Notes: generated from the sequence alone by a model not told the origin. Counted from the stretch's first letter, positions 18,407 through 28,855 are shown. The stretch: DNA of 32,000 bases from Candidatus Heimdallarchaeota archaeon (GCA_030614005.1 JAUWKS010000004.1:1-32000); one strand, 5' to 3'. Made by a program: numbers and translations.

Positions 18407-19312
18407 CTAATCATCGCTAGCATCTTGTAATTGGTTAGCACCACTACTTCTCAACCAATTCTTGTACCCTCGACCAGTTTTAGTATTAGCTAATCCGCCC
18501 TCAGATGTTTCTTTGATCTCACAAGGCATCATACGACCAATTTCATCCATAGCTATTTCAACATCATCAAATGGGACCACACTTTCGATGCCGGCTAAGG
18601 ACATATCAGCAGCCACAAGAGCACTTGCAGCCATAATACCATTTCTCTTAATACAAGGTACTTCCACTAAACCAGCAATAGGATCACAAGCTAATCCCAA
18701 GGAATTTTTTAGCATTAATGCTGCGGCATTCACAGCTTGTTTACAAGTACCACCTGCTATTTCAACAGCAGCAGCAGCAGCCATTGCAGCGGAAACACCA
18801 ATTTCAGCTTGGCAACCGTGTTCAGAACCACTAGTGGAAGCAACAGCATCACAAACAAGTCCGATCAACGAAGAAGCAAATAATCCTTTGATAATTGTCT
18901 CTTCAGATGCTTTTAGTTTCTCAGCTACAGTATAAACAACAGCAGGGACAACACCAGAGGATCCAGCAGTTGGAGAAGCAACTATAGTGCCCATTGAAGA
19001 ATTAAATTCACCGACGCCAATTGCTCGAGATACCACCTTAATAATTGTAGAACCTGTTATGGATTTACTTTTACGGTTTTTTAGCAGTATTACAGCATCT
19101 CCGCCACTCATACCACTTGGAGATCTTTGCTCAATTTTAATGCCATTTTTAATTGAACTTACCATTACTTTCCAGATTTTGCCCATAGCAGACATAATTT
19201 CCTCTCTGCTTACTTCTTGAATCTCCATTTCATGTTCAATCATAATTTCGCCTAATGATTTTCCTTCAGCCTCAGCTTGCAGTATAAAAGGTTCCACGCT
19301 TGTAAGGGTCAA
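18407..19312 (-). CDS. sdaAA: L-serine dehydratase, iron-sulfur-dependent, alpha subunit
   Basis: IVASPTAGSSGVVP, GCQAEIG, GLACDPIAGLVEVPCIKRN (three Fe-S cysteines), ETSEGGLA. TTG start overlaps the sdaAB stop (TTGA). Confidence 0.92.
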   Translation of the reverse strand: MTLTSVEPFILQAEAEGKSLGEIMIEHEMEIQEVSREEIMSAMGKIWKVMVSSIKNGIKIEQRSPSGMSGGDAVILLKNRKSKSITGSTIIKVVSRAIGVGEFNSSMGTIVASPTAGSSGVVPAVVYTVAEKLKASEETIIKGLFASSLIGLVCDAVASTSGSEHGCQAEIGVSAAMAAAAAVEIAGGTCKQAVNAAALMLKNSLGLACDPIAGLVEVPCIKRNGIMAASALVAADMSLAGIESVVPFDDVEIAMDEIGRMMPCEIKETSEGGLANTKTGRGYKNWLRSSGANQLQDASDD

Positions 19313-19998
19313 AACATTTCTTCTCCTTCAGTTAATTTTGGAAGTATGCGCACTAAATCCATGCCTTTGATTTTAGCTAATTTCGCTTCTAATTCAGCAG
19401 GTGCTTGTTCTTCGATTTCAATAGTAGTCATTGCAATATCTTCTCGAGGAATATCTTTACTACAAAGTGATACAATATTAAGATTATATTCAGAAATCAA
19501 TCCCGTTATTTTTGATAATGTCCCAATAAAATCTTTATGTCGTAAAATTAGCGTAACCTCATTACCAGTTATTTCAGTTGCAAAACCCAATATTTCCCTA
19601 ATTACTATATCTCCACCACCCACAGATTCAGCAATTATTTCAGTAGGTTGTTCTGGATCTTCAATAACAATTTTGATACTATTAGGATGGTAATTTGCGC
19701 CTAATCTTATCCGTTTGAATTGAATATCTATTTCTGCTTTTTTGGCAAGTTCATCAGCTATTTTAATTCGTTCATCAAAAGTTTTGAAACCCAACAATCC
19801 ACCAATTACTGCTTTGTCACTACCATGTCCTTTCCAAGTTTCAGCAAAGGAACCATGAAAAAAGACCGTTACTTTCTTTGGTTCTTTACCATAGAGTAAC
19901 CTCGCTGTTCTACCAATTCTTACAGCACCTGCGGTGTGTGAACTAGATGGACCAGTCATAATTGGACCTAGAATTCTAAATGCACTATCATCAGCCAT
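19309..19998 (-). CDS. sdaAB: L-serine dehydratase, iron-sulfur-dependent, beta subunit (with C-terminal ACT domain)
   Basis: LGPIMTGPSSSHTAGAVRIG, GSFAETWKGHGSDKA..GGLLG, HPNS, SVGGGDI, ACT-like H.D.IG.L..IT..I. Confidence 0.92.
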   Translation of the reverse strand: MADDSAFRILGPIMTGPSSSHTAGAVRIGRTARLLYGKEPKKVTVFFHGSFAETWKGHGSDKAVIGGLLGFKTFDERIKIADELAKKAEIDIQFKRIRLGANYHPNSIKIVIEDPEQPTEIIAESVGGGDIVIREILGFATEITGNEVTLILRHKDFIGTLSKITGLISEYNLNIVSLCSKDIPREDIAMTTIEIEEQAPAELEAKLAKIKGMDLVRILPKLTEGEEMF

Positions 19999-20088
19999 AT
20001 ATCTTACCTACTTTCATCGACTTTATTGATCTTAAATTATTACTATGAAAAAGTAATCTGCTGATAACAAAAACTTTCCTAAAGAAAA

Positions 20089-21420
20089 TTATTTTCCACC
20101 AGCAATGGATGCTTTACTAATTTTTACTGCAGGTGAAATTGAGCCGGATTCATTTATCAAACTCTTTGAAACACCCTCTACGCTTTTGAGCAATTCAAAT
20201 ATTGTCGTACCAACCATAGTTTCTTTCAGAGGATAAGAAATTTCACCATTTTCGATTAAAAATCCTTGATCAATTAAAACGGAAATATTCGGTGAACCTT
20301 CAGATGGTCCTAGCGCGCTATCTTTGAGGTATATTCCCTTTTTAGTTTCTGAAATCATTTCCTCAATAGTCCAAGTGCCAGCTTCAATTTGCACTTGAGT
20401 TAAATCTGGGTGAGGTTTACTCCCTAAATTGCTTTTTAGTGCATTTGCTGTGTTCTCAATTCCTAAAACATTTGCGCAATAGGAATTTGAGAAATAAGCT
20501 TTGGCAACTCCTTTATCAATTAGTGTCAATTCCTTATGAGGTACCCCTTCATCATCAAAAACTGCAGAGCCAACTCCGCCTTCATGGAGTGGATTATCCT
20601 TAATCGTTATCTCTTCAGAAGTAATTTCTTCCCCTAAACGATCTTTGAAAAAAGCAGTACCTAGAATTACTTCATAAGCATCTAAACCAGCAGCAACAAT
20701 TGAGGAAAATGTATCCATAGTGCTTCTATGATCAAGAATTACTGGTAATTCATCACTCGAAATTTTCTTAGAACCTAGTAAAGAAATAGCATTTTTTGCA
20801 GCTACCTTTCCAATTTTATTTGGTTTGAAATCAGCTTTTGCTCGAACTTTTTGAAAATCCCAAGATGTTGCAATATCACCATTTACTTCAGCTTTAGCAA
20901 AAATGACTCCTGTTAAGGAACTAAAAGTTTGAGATACCTCTACACCTAAACTATTGAAAATAGTTTCAGTAACGCATAACCTTTTGAAATTACCACTAAC
21001 AACTACTTCATCTTTTTCTATTGCTGAATCAATAGCTTCAATGGCCATTTCAGTTAAATTTTCTGCGGGCAATTCACTAATGGTTTTATCCTCTAATCCT
21101 TTCACCTTTGGATACTTTGTGAATGGACCAGGTAACGATGAGAACAAATCATCAGGAGGGGATAATTTACTTAATTTCACTGCTTTGTTTACAGAATCTT
21201 TTATTGAATCTTTATCAAGCAGAGATGTTGTAGCAATTCCCAAGCCTTTTTTTGTGTAAGCTCTTACACCAAAACCAGTAATAGTTTTGCTTTCTGAAGC
21301 AAAGATTGCGTTCTTCTCTAATTGAGTGATATCTGAAGCTCCTTCGAGGACGAAAATCTCAACTTGGTCGGCACCCTTCTTGATGCCATGTTTTATACCT
21401 TTAATGAAAAAATCATTCAT
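20089..21420 (-). CDS. pmbA: TldE/PmbA-family protein (non-catalytic partner of TldD)
   Basis: GFGVRAY...GLG.A, FDDEGVP, G.LIENGEI.YP. Lacks HExxH and directly abuts tldD. Confidence 0.88.
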   Translation of the reverse strand: MNDFFIKGIKHGIKKGADQVEIFVLEGASDITQLEKNAIFASESKTITGFGVRAYTKKGLGIATTSLLDKDSIKDSVNKAVKLSKLSPPDDLFSSLPGPFTKYPKVKGLEDKTISELPAENLTEMAIEAIDSAIEKDEVVVSGNFKRLCVTETIFNSLGVEVSQTFSSLTGVIFAKAEVNGDIATSWDFQKVRAKADFKPNKIGKVAAKNAISLLGSKKISSDELPVILDHRSTMDTFSSIVAAGLDAYEVILGTAFFKDRLGEEITSEEITIKDNPLHEGGVGSAVFDDEGVPHKELTLIDKGVAKAYFSNSYCANVLGIENTANALKSNLGSKPHPDLTQVQIEAGTWTIEEMISETKKGIYLKDSALGPSEGSPNISVLIDQGFLIENGEISYPLKETMVGTTIFELLKSVEGVSKSLINESGSISPAVKISKASIAGGK

Positions 21421-22815
21421 TCACTTGAGTCCCCCTACAACAATTTGCTTAACAGCTAAATGCGGACCTCCAGCGTGAACAGGGACCGATTGAGAAGCCT
21501 TACCGCAACTACCTGGAAAAGCAAATTCGAGATTCTTTCCAAGAGCAACAGTTCGTTCTAATACCTCGAGACAAAGACCACTCATACTTACATTTTGTAT
21601 CGGTGCACCAAGTTCACCATTTTCAATAAGATGCCCTCCTTGAGCAGAGAAATAGAATTCTCCCTTAGCAGTGTCAACATAACCACCGTACGAATTCTCA
21701 AGATATACGCCGTTTTTAATTGTTTCAAGTAATTCTTCCAAAGAATGGTCACCAGCATCGATGTATGTATTTCCCATTCTTACTATAGGACGATGATTAT
21801 AGTTCATTGCTCGAGCAGCACCATTTGGTTCAACACCCATTTTTGCTGCAGTTTCCATTGAATGAAGATAACCGATTTGTTTTCCCCCTTTTACTAATTG
21901 CCTTTTAATGGTCTTCGTTCCCTCAGAATCATAACAGTAACTTCCACGTAAACCAGGAATAGTAGGATCATCATAGATATTAATGAGCTCTGATCCTAAT
22001 TGCTCGCCCATTTTTCCCTTGAGAATAGAATCATCAGCGAGAATACTATCTGCTTCTTCAGAATGCCCAAATGATTCGTGAACATATACCCCTACAAGTG
22101 AAGGATCCATAACAATATCTCTTTTTCCACTTGGTGGTTTTTCAGCATTAAGTAACAATAGAGCACGTTCAGCTAATTCAACACCTTTTTGCGTAATGTC
22201 AAGTCTCTCAATTTCTTCCCAACCCGAAGTGGTTCCTTTTAAGAAGTAAACATTTTGCATGGTATCCCCTTCACGCGCTGTAGCCATACATAAGATGTTC
22301 AAATTACTATATTCTGTGTAAACTTTCGTACCAAGAGAATTAACAATAATTTCTTTCTGAAACCAATTCTTTATTGAAGCATTTGTTTTGACAATTTTAT
22401 CTGAGTAGGTTCTCGCTGTTCTTTCGAATTCCTCTACGATTTCATACTTTTGTTCTAATGGAACGTCTCTAGGATCGTTTTTGTACTTTACTTTATATGA
22501 ACCCTCTACTACATGATCCTCAGTAATCATGCCTTTTTCTTTTGACTTTATTGCTGTTGCTTTTGCAATTTTTATTGCTTTAATCAATGCTTTTTCAATT
22601 TCATCTAGCTCGGTTCCAACAATTGAAACAAAACCCCAACCGCCATCAATTAATGCTCGAACACCTACACCAATATCATGATCATAACTAATTTGCTCAG
22701 GTCTACCGTTTTGTATAGCAATTGAAATTCCTTTTCCTTTCTCAATTCTGATATCTGCGAAATCGCCCTTCTTAAAAGTGAACTTTTCCAATATTTTCTG
22801 GGTTTTATCCATCAT
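21421..22815 (-). CDS. tldD: TldD-family metalloprotease
   Basis: GVGVRAL..GGWGF, VHESFGHSEEAD (HExxxH), DDPT..G..GSY.YDSEG, P.VRMGNTY, C-terminal CGK...PV..GGPH. Confidence 0.9.
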   Translation of the reverse strand: MMDKTQKILEKFTFKKGDFADIRIEKGKGISIAIQNGRPEQISYDHDIGVGVRALIDGGWGFVSIVGTELDEIEKALIKAIKIAKATAIKSKEKGMITEDHVVEGSYKVKYKNDPRDVPLEQKYEIVEEFERTARTYSDKIVKTNASIKNWFQKEIIVNSLGTKVYTEYSNLNILCMATAREGDTMQNVYFLKGTTSGWEEIERLDITQKGVELAERALLLLNAEKPPSGKRDIVMDPSLVGVYVHESFGHSEEADSILADDSILKGKMGEQLGSELINIYDDPTIPGLRGSYCYDSEGTKTIKRQLVKGGKQIGYLHSMETAAKMGVEPNGAARAMNYNHRPIVRMGNTYIDAGDHSLEELLETIKNGVYLENSYGGYVDTAKGEFYFSAQGGHLIENGELGAPIQNVSMSGLCLEVLERTVALGKNLEFAFPGSCGKASQSVPVHAGGPHLAVKQIVVGGLK

Positions 22816-23059
22816 TTTTAATCACAGACATCAAACTAAAGCATTTTTATTTGCTAACCATTTTAATTTTATCTAAAGATTTCGTTTTCATTAAAAATTA
22901 CTGGTTTTTCTTAGTTCAACTTTTTTTGAACTCCAAGTTCAAGTTTTCTTTAAATAAACGTTTAAATAGTAAGATGTTTATCTAATTAAATGGACTTAAT
23001 CGTGAGATTTCCCGAACGACGCGATGAAGGTTATGAAATAAAAGAGATGAAAGCTAAAA

Positions 23060-26000
23060 ATGACAAAAAATAGGATAGTTAAAGGATCAATAGTAATGAT
23101 CATCACCCTTCTATTTATGGCTATGACTATTTCGACAGCACAACTTAAAGCTACAACAGTAGACGAAAGTAAAGTACAAATTGCTGATGCGGAATATACA
23201 GGAAGCCAATACATAGAAGGAATTGATATCTATCCGCTAAAGGATACTGCTATAGGAGTTAATGTAGGATTCATTGGTGGAACTGTTGAATTGCCTTTTG
23301 ATGTTACAACATATAGTAATTTAGAAGCTTTGAATTTGATCGTTGCAAATCAAGCAGCCTGGCGAATGCATTCTCAAAGAAGATTCTGGGATGTTTCGGA
23401 CGGAACATCACTGATGTTAGTCTTTAGAGGATTAACAACCGGCGAATCCCTCACTCAAGGGAATGCTATTGCAGCAATGATCGAAACAGCTTATAATTTC
23501 TCATTAAGCCTAGTATTTGGTCAATGGGAAGCAGGACTCGAAATATCTATTCTCGTATATCAAGGAAGAATAGCTGATGAAAGTGTATTTGATTCATTCA
23601 CAGATGACTTTACCAGTTATGTGTCTGACGATGGATTTGGCGAAGGAATTACTTCAAGTGTGCTAAACAATGCACCTGTTAAAGCCATGGGTGTTTCATT
23701 AGTGAAAGGTAGATATTTACTAATGCAACCTGCTTTAGGTCTTATTCCAGTACTTGAGTGTGCTTGGATTGATCCTGATGGATTAGAGAAAGATGGTACA
23801 GTTATTGATGTAAGCTTGCTCAATATTATGCCTGATTTAACTGAAGTTAGTGGGGCAGCAAATGCACTTGCAAGTATAGTCAAATTGGATTTACCATATG
23901 TCGTTGATGTTTTAGTAGTTGACCCTGATACGGATAATATGTATCCTCATCTCAAAGGTAAATTTGAATGGGTTGTAAAAGTTGATCTTCCTATTTGGCA
24001 ACGAGATGAAACATATGATGATATTTTTGTCTCCTATGATCTTAATTTAAGTGACATGCGTTCTTATCCCCAAGTTATTGGTGAATTATCTCTAAATGCA
24101 AGTTTACCATTTAATGGTGGACAAGATATTGAATATATATTCACCTGGGAGAACGTTGGCGCTGAAACGGCATACAATGTAACTCTCTCTTATGGAGAGT
24201 TTGCTTATGATGAATTGGATGGTTTTTCACTTCTCGTTGAAAACCCTGATTTAACCTTTGATGAAAACAAAATTATTTATTGCAACACTACAGATGGATA
24301 TATTTCAGAAGCATTGCTTATTGGTTCAGATATCTGTTCAATTGAAGGATGGTTCTATAATGACACATCTGCCTCTTGGTTAGGAGTTGGTGGATATTAT
24401 CCAGGTGAGAATTTAGACTATCTCATAAGTTTAGCCTATACTGAACAAACATACTTGCATCTAGATGTTGGAGATTTCGAGAAAACAAATCTCACAGATA
24501 TTGAAGACGCATTCACTTTAACAACAACAATAGACGAATTAGCTCCTGGAGAGAATGTAACCAAGAGTTTTGCTGTTAGAGATTTACCAACAGGTACTGT
24601 TAATATCTATAATTCAACTACAGGAACAATAACAAACGCCACTATTTTCATACAAGATTCTCCAAACTGGGAAGAATATTTCACTCTCATGTTGAGAATG
24701 CATGGTTCTTCATTACATATTCCTGAAGATCAAGTTACTTGGACTAATTGGTTCCCACAAGAAGTTGTTGGGTCAGCTTATGTCTATACTGAAGCTGATG
24801 GCACAGAATACATGGGATTGACAAATGGCTTAGTAATACAAATATATGATGACGAAGCAGTTTTGGTTGGGAAAGTTAGTTTAGACAAAGATGTTTATAC
24901 ATTTGGTGAGAACGTAACCTTCACTTTAGAGCTTGAAAACATCGGCAATGCAAATGCAACAGATGTGGATTATCAATTCTATCATGCATTTATTACAGAT
25001 GATTTAGAATTAGGTTATATTCACGAGATTCTTGGATCAGAAGGAACTATACCATTAATTAAACCAGGTGAAACTGTTACAGTAGAATACACTGAAACAG
25101 CTACAACTAACATTGGTTTACATCCAGTGTTCGCTGTCTTCGGATATACAAGCGATGAACCCGGCACTGACCCAAGAGATGTTCCCACACCTTTACCTTG
25201 GTATCTAACTGAAGGTCTGTCAGAAGCACAAGTCAATTTTATTGAGGCGTTGGTTTATGCCAATCCAATATTCAATACTACCAGACACAATGCTGTTATT
25301 AGTTCCATGGATTTTGGATTAGTTTTACCACCTCCAAGCAAAGAAGGTACAACACAACCAACTTATCCAACACCAGAAGTTGAAGTTACAACTGAACTTC
25401 TCGGTTTAACAAATGATACTACAATTGGAGATGAATTAACTCTTAGAACAACGATTACCAATGTTGGAGATGAACCAACAAATATAATCTATTTACAGAG
25501 AATTCCATCTAGCTTAGGTTTCGTAGCAGATACTGATAGCGTTACCGTTGAAGGAGTTGCAGTCTCTTACGATAAAGCTTGGGTTAACCCTCCATATTTC
25601 GGTATGACTATGGGCATTATAGCAGGTGACTTAACTACTCCCGTTGGAGCAATCGGTGTTCCACTTGATGTAAATGAGACAATGGTTATTGAAGTAACAC
25701 TAGAAGTCAAAACAAGTGGTGAAATCTTCATTCCATCCGCAGAGATTCGTTACAACAGTGCTTACGATATGACAACACGCAATGGAATAAATGATGATTC
25801 ATCTGCTCCAACTAATGAAACACAAACTGCGATGTTGAATGGGCTTTATGCTACAAGTAAATCTAGCGATATAACAGCGGATCTTTCCATAAATGACATA
25901 GGTGACGGATCAGATAGGGCATCCACAAATAGTTGGGGTTCCTATTCCGATAGTTTAACTTTTGCCATACAATCACTTAGTGACCTTAATCCTAACTGGC

Positions 26001-26089
26001 GTAACTTCATCTATATTGGTGTAGGACTTATCGCAGTTACAGGTGTAGCAGTGCTTATCTATTTCCGTGCAAACGGCAAAAAGCATTAA
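23060..26089 (+). CDS. Large secreted, C-terminally anchored surface glycoprotein with three CARDB/DUF11-like Ig domains (S-layer-like)
   Basis: Signal-like N-terminus, acidic and Thr-rich, three repeats of x.xNxG..A.NV (WENVGAETAYNV, LENIGNANATDV, ITNVGDEPTNI), at least 16 N-x-S/T sequons, C-terminal TM helix plus basic tail (RANGKKH). Confidence 0.75.
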   Translation: MTKNRIVKGSIVMIITLLFMAMTISTAQLKATTVDESKVQIADAEYTGSQYIEGIDIYPLKDTAIGVNVGFIGGTVELPFDVTTYSNLEALNLIVANQAAWRMHSQRRFWDVSDGTSLMLVFRGLTTGESLTQGNAIAAMIETAYNFSLSLVFGQWEAGLEISILVYQGRIADESVFDSFTDDFTSYVSDDGFGEGITSSVLNNAPVKAMGVSLVKGRYLLMQPALGLIPVLECAWIDPDGLEKDGTVIDVSLLNIMPDLTEVSGAANALASIVKLDLPYVVDVLVVDPDTDNMYPHLKGKFEWVVKVDLPIWQRDETYDDIFVSYDLNLSDMRSYPQVIGELSLNASLPFNGGQDIEYIFTWENVGAETAYNVTLSYGEFAYDELDGFSLLVENPDLTFDENKIIYCNTTDGYISEALLIGSDICSIEGWFYNDTSASWLGVGGYYPGENLDYLISLAYTEQTYLHLDVGDFEKTNLTDIEDAFTLTTTIDELAPGENVTKSFAVRDLPTGTVNIYNSTTGTITNATIFIQDSPNWEEYFTLMLRMHGSSLHIPEDQVTWTNWFPQEVVGSAYVYTEADGTEYMGLTNGLVIQIYDDEAVLVGKVSLDKDVYTFGENVTFTLELENIGNANATDVDYQFYHAFITDDLELGYIHEILGSEGTIPLIKPGETVTVEYTETATTNIGLHPVFAVFGYTSDEPGTDPRDVPTPLPWYLTEGLSEAQVNFIEALVYANPIFNTTRHNAVISSMDFGLVLPPPSKEGTTQPTYPTPEVEVTTELLGLTNDTTIGDELTLRTTITNVGDEPTNIIYLQRIPSSLGFVADTDSVTVEGVAVSYDKAWVNPPYFGMTMGIIAGDLTTPVGAIGVPLDVNETMVIEVTLEVKTSGEIFIPSAEIRYNSAYDMTTRNGINDDSSAPTNETQTAMLNGLYATSKSSDITADLSINDIGDGSDRASTNSWGSYSDSLTFAIQSLSDLNPNWRNFIYIGVGLIAVTGVAVLIYFRANGKKH

Positions 26090-26119
26090 ACTGATAGATA
26101 TCTCCCCTCAAATATAAAT

Positions 26120-26162
26120 GGAAGTCGGCTTTTCTCGGCTTCCTTTTCATCTTATTTTTTTC
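26120..26162 (+). terminator. Hairpin plus U-rich terminator after the surface glycoprotein gene
   Basis: GGAAGTCGG-cttttc-TCGGCTTCC (9-bp stem, two G-U pairs) followed by TTTTCATCTTATTTTTTTT. Confidence 0.6.
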
Positions 26163-26254
26163 TGTAAAAAACTACCCTTTTATGCTTTATATTCACTTGT
26201 CCCTACCGAAATGATTTTGATATACTTATCCCACATCCTATTGAGGATAAAAAA

Positions 26255-28195
26255 ATGTCAATGAAAGAAGTTAGTTCTGATTACTTACGGGCTCGCGGTT
26301 TAAGTGAATCTGAGATTTTGGTTTATTCCACAGTATTGGGTCTTGGTAATGCTACTATTGGAGAAATAAACTTAGCTATTAAAATGGAACTTCCTGAGAT
26401 TTATATTCAAATTAAGCAATTAGAGGAGATTAGCTATATCAAGAAACTCCCCGGTAAAGTCCCCCGCTACATTGCTATGGAACCCTTCTTGAAAGATTAT
26501 GCACAGCTAAGTTCTGAAGTTAAACTAGGACTGTTAAGCATTAAGGATAATTTTCATACTCAAGTAAATGAGTTTAATACAAAAATCAAAACTGTTGTTC
26601 CGCAATTAGCGGATTTTTGCGAGCTGGAAAAAAACACCAGAACTGATGAGTTAGCAAAGAAATACGATAAATTAGAGCACAGTTTGAATCAAATGGTTGA
26701 TAACAATTTTCAGCAACTGAACCATTTGGGCGTAGCCCTTAGCACATGGCCCTCTGACAGTATTGAAAAAACATTACCTGCTTTTGAGGGAGATTTAGAG
26801 ACAAGTAAGGATAATTTTGTTGGGGCAATTTCCAAATATGCTGACTCTCTAGTTATAGATTCTAGAGAGATAAGAGATAAATTAGAGAAATCAACAATTC
26901 ACCATAAAATTCTTGTTGCAGAAAGGCTTGAGAAATTAAAAAGAGATATTGAAGATTCTCTTGCCGAACTTCGTGACAATATAGTAAAACAAAATTTCAC
27001 AATAACATCTAGCTATAGTGCAAATCTTGACGAGAAAGATGTCACTGCAAGGGAAAACGCTGCTCAAATTATCAGCGATTTAATCAAGAACGTAGTTATT
27101 CTTGCACGTGATATGGAGGGTGATATTAGTAGTCATACTTCTCAAATGATAAATAATTCACTTGGCCCATTATTTAGGCAATTTGATTTTCTTCAAAGTG
27201 AAGTTAAAACTACACTTGGAACACTCCTCGAAGAGCACTCAGAAGAAGTAACAAAATTCGTTCGATATGTAAATCATACAGTTGAATCTACAGTACCGGA
27301 TGTTTTGGAATTAGTAACCACTCATCTTGAAGAGAGCAGAGATGAATCAGCTAGATTTATTGACCAAAAAATAACTGATCCCTTCAAAGAACTTGAAAAA
27401 ATGAAAGGTGATATTGCTCAAGATATTTCTCAATTTAAGGAAAACATCACTAAAGAAGCACATAAACAAGATGAAGTTGCTCGTGCTTCGATTACAGATA
27501 GGCTTGCAAAAATTGAGGAAAAAGTTGACCTAAGTAAACTAGAAATCAAAGATATAATATCACTTTCAAGGATAGACACCGAAGATATCATTCAAAATCT
27601 TATTAAGAATATTATCAATGAAAATTCAGATAAAATTAATGCAACGACAACAATAATGCAAGAAGCAGGAAACAAATTAGATAATACTCTCGGAAATACT
27701 ATTTTCCTTCTTGATGATTCTGGAAAAACCTTTGATGGCATTGTCAATATGTCTGAGAAAGTTATGCCTCTAGCAGATCTCGAAATCAGTCTAATTTATG
27801 GCAATGAATGTATAGTTCGTGCAATGAAAGATATGCTCTTACGTGCGAAAGAAGAAATCACTATTATCACCCCTGAAATACTCACCGATTTCCTTTATGA
27901 AATTGAGAAGCAACCACAGGTAACTAATTATCAGCTTGTTTCCAAAATTAAAGAAGAAGATGTAAGTTTACTGACCTCTTTGGTTAAACGAGGAAATGTC
28001 AACACGATGAATTACAAAGGAATGGATTATTGGATTGCAATTAAAGACAACGAAGAAATTCTTTTTGCACCAAGAATACATCCTGAGAAAAATATTGCTT
28101 TTATCACCACAAATCCTAAATTATTCCAACTCTTCTTTGATTTAACAAATCAGAAAGTCTTTTCACAAATGAAAGCTCAAGAATTTCAATCCTAG
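26255..28195 (+). CDS. TrmB-family winged-helix protein with about 430-aa helical/coiled-coil insertion and C-terminal TrmB effector (PLD-like) domain
   Basis: N-terminus GLSESEILVY..VL..G.AT..EI......PEIY..IKQLEE..YI......P.RY.A.EP (TrmB wHTH); C-terminus IYG...I...M..ML.RAKEEI.IITP...IAIKDNEEILFAP; middle is an amphipathic helical repeat. Confidence 0.78.
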   Translation: MSMKEVSSDYLRARGLSESEILVYSTVLGLGNATIGEINLAIKMELPEIYIQIKQLEEISYIKKLPGKVPRYIAMEPFLKDYAQLSSEVKLGLLSIKDNFHTQVNEFNTKIKTVVPQLADFCELEKNTRTDELAKKYDKLEHSLNQMVDNNFQQLNHLGVALSTWPSDSIEKTLPAFEGDLETSKDNFVGAISKYADSLVIDSREIRDKLEKSTIHHKILVAERLEKLKRDIEDSLAELRDNIVKQNFTITSSYSANLDEKDVTARENAAQIISDLIKNVVILARDMEGDISSHTSQMINNSLGPLFRQFDFLQSEVKTTLGTLLEEHSEEVTKFVRYVNHTVESTVPDVLELVTTHLEESRDESARFIDQKITDPFKELEKMKGDIAQDISQFKENITKEAHKQDEVARASITDRLAKIEEKVDLSKLEIKDIISLSRIDTEDIIQNLIKNIINENSDKINATTTIMQEAGNKLDNTLGNTIFLLDDSGKTFDGIVNMSEKVMPLADLEISLIYGNECIVRAMKDMLLRAKEEITIITPEILTDFLYEIEKQPQVTNYQLVSKIKEEDVSLLTSLVKRGNVNTMNYKGMDYWIAIKDNEEILFAPRIHPEKNIAFITTNPKLFQLFFDLTNQKVFSQMKAQEFQS

Positions 28196-28336
28196 CTTTC
28201 ATTTACTCCCCTCTTTTTTCTTTAAATAGTGACATCTCAATAACAAAATACTTTATTAACTAGTTCTAAAATTCTCTTTATTGAGAAAGCATAATAATAT
28301 GAACGAGTATCAATTATTGCGTATGGAGAATCAAAA

Positions 28337-28678
28337 ATGCCTAAAAAGAATGATAAAACAGCTGAAGCAGCTAGCATAATGGCAGAGCTATATGAATTAA
28401 GCATTCCAGGTCAATTAATTGGCAAGGAAGTCATTGATTCTTCGGCTCGCAAAATCGGTGTAATACGAAATGTAAAAATTACTTTTCCACCAACCAAAGT
28501 CAATGTTATTATTAAGGGCTTAGATGTGGAATTTCAATTATCTTTTGATTCAATAGCAACTATTGGTGGAGTTGTTCAATTAAAAGAAACAATTAAGCAA
28601 GCTGAAGAACTAGAGATTCGCGATGTTGCAAGATTACGTGAAGAAATTGCTAATGAAATAGCATCGTATCTTCGATAA
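28337..28678 (+). CDS. Small PRC-barrel domain protein
   Basis: LIGKEVIDSSARKIGVIRNVKI...V.VIIKG...F.L.FD.I.TIGGVV.LK matches the PRC-barrel consensus; short C-terminal helix. SD GGAG. Confidence 0.8.
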   Translation: MPKKNDKTAEAASIMAELYELSIPGQLIGKEVIDSSARKIGVIRNVKITFPPTKVNVIIKGLDVEFQLSFDSIATIGGVVQLKETIKQAEELEIRDVARLREEIANEIASYLR

Positions 28679-28855
28679 ATAGTTTATACAAATCCTCCAA
28701 CCATCTTTTTCCCTTTTTTTATTATTTCTTTTGTTTTACCCTATTGACAAAGGATAAAAAGGGATATTCTCATTTATTACTAGAAGCGAACAATTTTCAT
28801 CATTAATACGAATAGTGATGGTTAATTCATATTTTCGTTTGAGGAGGCATCAATA

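Noticed and set aside
1770-25236. Antisense and shadow ORFs in the track (1770-2123, 2382-2696, 3094-3321, 10391-10612, 11111-11338, 11618-11800, 14380-16301 set, 18462-19693 set, 20954-21259, 22996-23214, 23617-23883, 25021-25236)
   Set aside because: All lie opposite strongly supported genes and have the Ser/Ile/Phe-rich composition typical of reverse-complement reading; no recognisable motifs.
28705-28765. Long imperfect pyrimidine/purine inverted repeat after the PRC-barrel gene
   Set aside because: Low-complexity T-rich and A-rich arms; explained as a U-tract terminator next to an A-rich promoter.
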